A DNA stretch of 64,000 nucleotides from Lama guanicoe (Eukaryota): the NCBI GenBank assembly GCA_013239625.1, contig MU054391.1, positions 2,013,130-2,077,129 on the forward strand, written 5' to 3'. Positions 62,705 to 64,000 of this stretch are shown here, one piece after another (positions within the stretch are counted from its first letter, which is position 1; each line of letters begins with the position of its first letter). The notes beneath the pieces are model-generated. The model was not told where the DNA came from, did not search any database, and saw only the letters and a program-made list of their open reading frames with translations. The translations under genes and the position numbers were made by a program.

Positions 62705-64000
62705 TGTACATTTTAATTATAAAATATTGTAAACATATAAGGGTACAAAGTGATATTGCAACGGGCACTTGTTTCAATGCATGTTCTATCGCTTCAGACC
62801 ATGGTTTAAAGAAATAAGATGGGACAGATGCAGATGAAAGCCACCTCCATCCCACCTCCTGCCTTCCTGAGACAGTAAATGGAAATACAGTGAAGGTCTC
62901 TAACAGTCATTTCTATATTTCAGTTTCACAAACGTGCATTTGTAAATAATATGTTGATTGCTTAAAGTTTAAAATTATATACAGATGGCACCATATTTAT
63001 TTATCTTGGTGCTGCTTGCTTTTTCACTCCACATTGTAAGTTTTTGATTCACCAAACTGATACATGCTGCTGAGGTGTATTTATTTTAACTGTAGTAGAA
63101 TATGTGCTTATATGAACATACTATAATGTATGCATCTATCCCATAATGGGTAAATTATAGCTATTGACAGCTTTGCTCTCCAAGGGATGGTAGCAATTTA
63201 TAAATCCATCTGAAGGTTATGAATATACCTACCAATTTTCTCACATTCTCTCAGTACATTATCAGTTTAATGTTTTTAAACCAATTTCATGGGTAAGAAA
63301 TGGCATGCCATAGTAATTTAACATTTTTTTTATTGAAATGTAATTTACACACAGAATATCATGCAGCATGTAAACCCCCAGAACAATGATTTTTTTCCTC
63401 CATGAGTCACAAGTTTGATATAGAAGTAGAACATGACCAGGATCCTGAGGTCCCTATTTGTCACATTTCATTTGTTATTTTTCATTACAATAAGCATTAC
63501 TGTGATTTCTGTTTTCACAGGTTAGTTTTAAAATTTGACCAAGTGTTCCCAGGCATCACGTGCTTTATCATCTCTGCCTTCTTTTTCTCGTCATCGTGTT
63601 GACTTGACCCATGTTACTGTGTGTTTTACCAGTGGTCATTTTCATTGTAACACAGAATTCCATCACTTAACCAACTACATTTAACCACATTAACTTTGTA
63701 GTCAGAGTCTATACCCAGTCTACCATTAATAAAATATTAGATTTGCTTTCAGCTTTATGGCTATGATAAATAACTGTTTAATAAGCATTGCTGGACATGA
63801 CTTTTGGTATATATGCATGTGTATTCATATTTTCCTCTGGTGTGTTTACCTAGGGATAAAATTTTGTCAAAAAGCAGGTTATTTTCATCATTGTCAATAC
63901 TTGTAGATTTCCAAAATAATTCCAATCCAAGCAATTAATGTGTTTTTCAATTATATACTTTCTACTTCTTGTAATCTATTTTTCCAAACACACTAATCAC
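62705..64000 (-). mobile_element. Degraded old L1 (L1MC/L1ME-like) 3' fragments
   Basis: 'ttttttttattgaaatgtaatttacacacag', 'gctttcagctttatggctatgataaataactg', 'tttacctaggg'. Confidence 0.65.

Overview
This is mammalian nuclear DNA, not prokaryotic. It is most likely camelid (alpaca, llama or camel), because two tRNA-derived SINEs match the camelid Vic-1-type SINE as I remember it and several L1 3' tails are artiodactyl-type. The window is repeat-rich non-coding sequence: old L1/HAL1, L2, MIR, MER3/MER5, MLT1 and LTR33 fragments, plus younger L1 tails and SINEs with target-site duplications (TSDs). It holds three main CpG islands (~19.6-20.8 kb, ~45.4-47.2 kb, ~54.7-55.5 kb), an 18-unit GC-rich minisatellite and short telomere-like tracts. 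I recognise no protein-coding gene, and the long ORFs in the track are best explained by GC-rich composition. The best leads are a possible decayed retrocopy at 1-1110, two phase-compatible chains of candidate spliced exons (2.3-4.0 kb and 57.9-61.3 kb), a promoter-like island at ~55 kb, and the minisatellite-bearing island. I found no convincing new biological system. Repeat family names come from remembered consensus sequences, and their boundaries are approximate.
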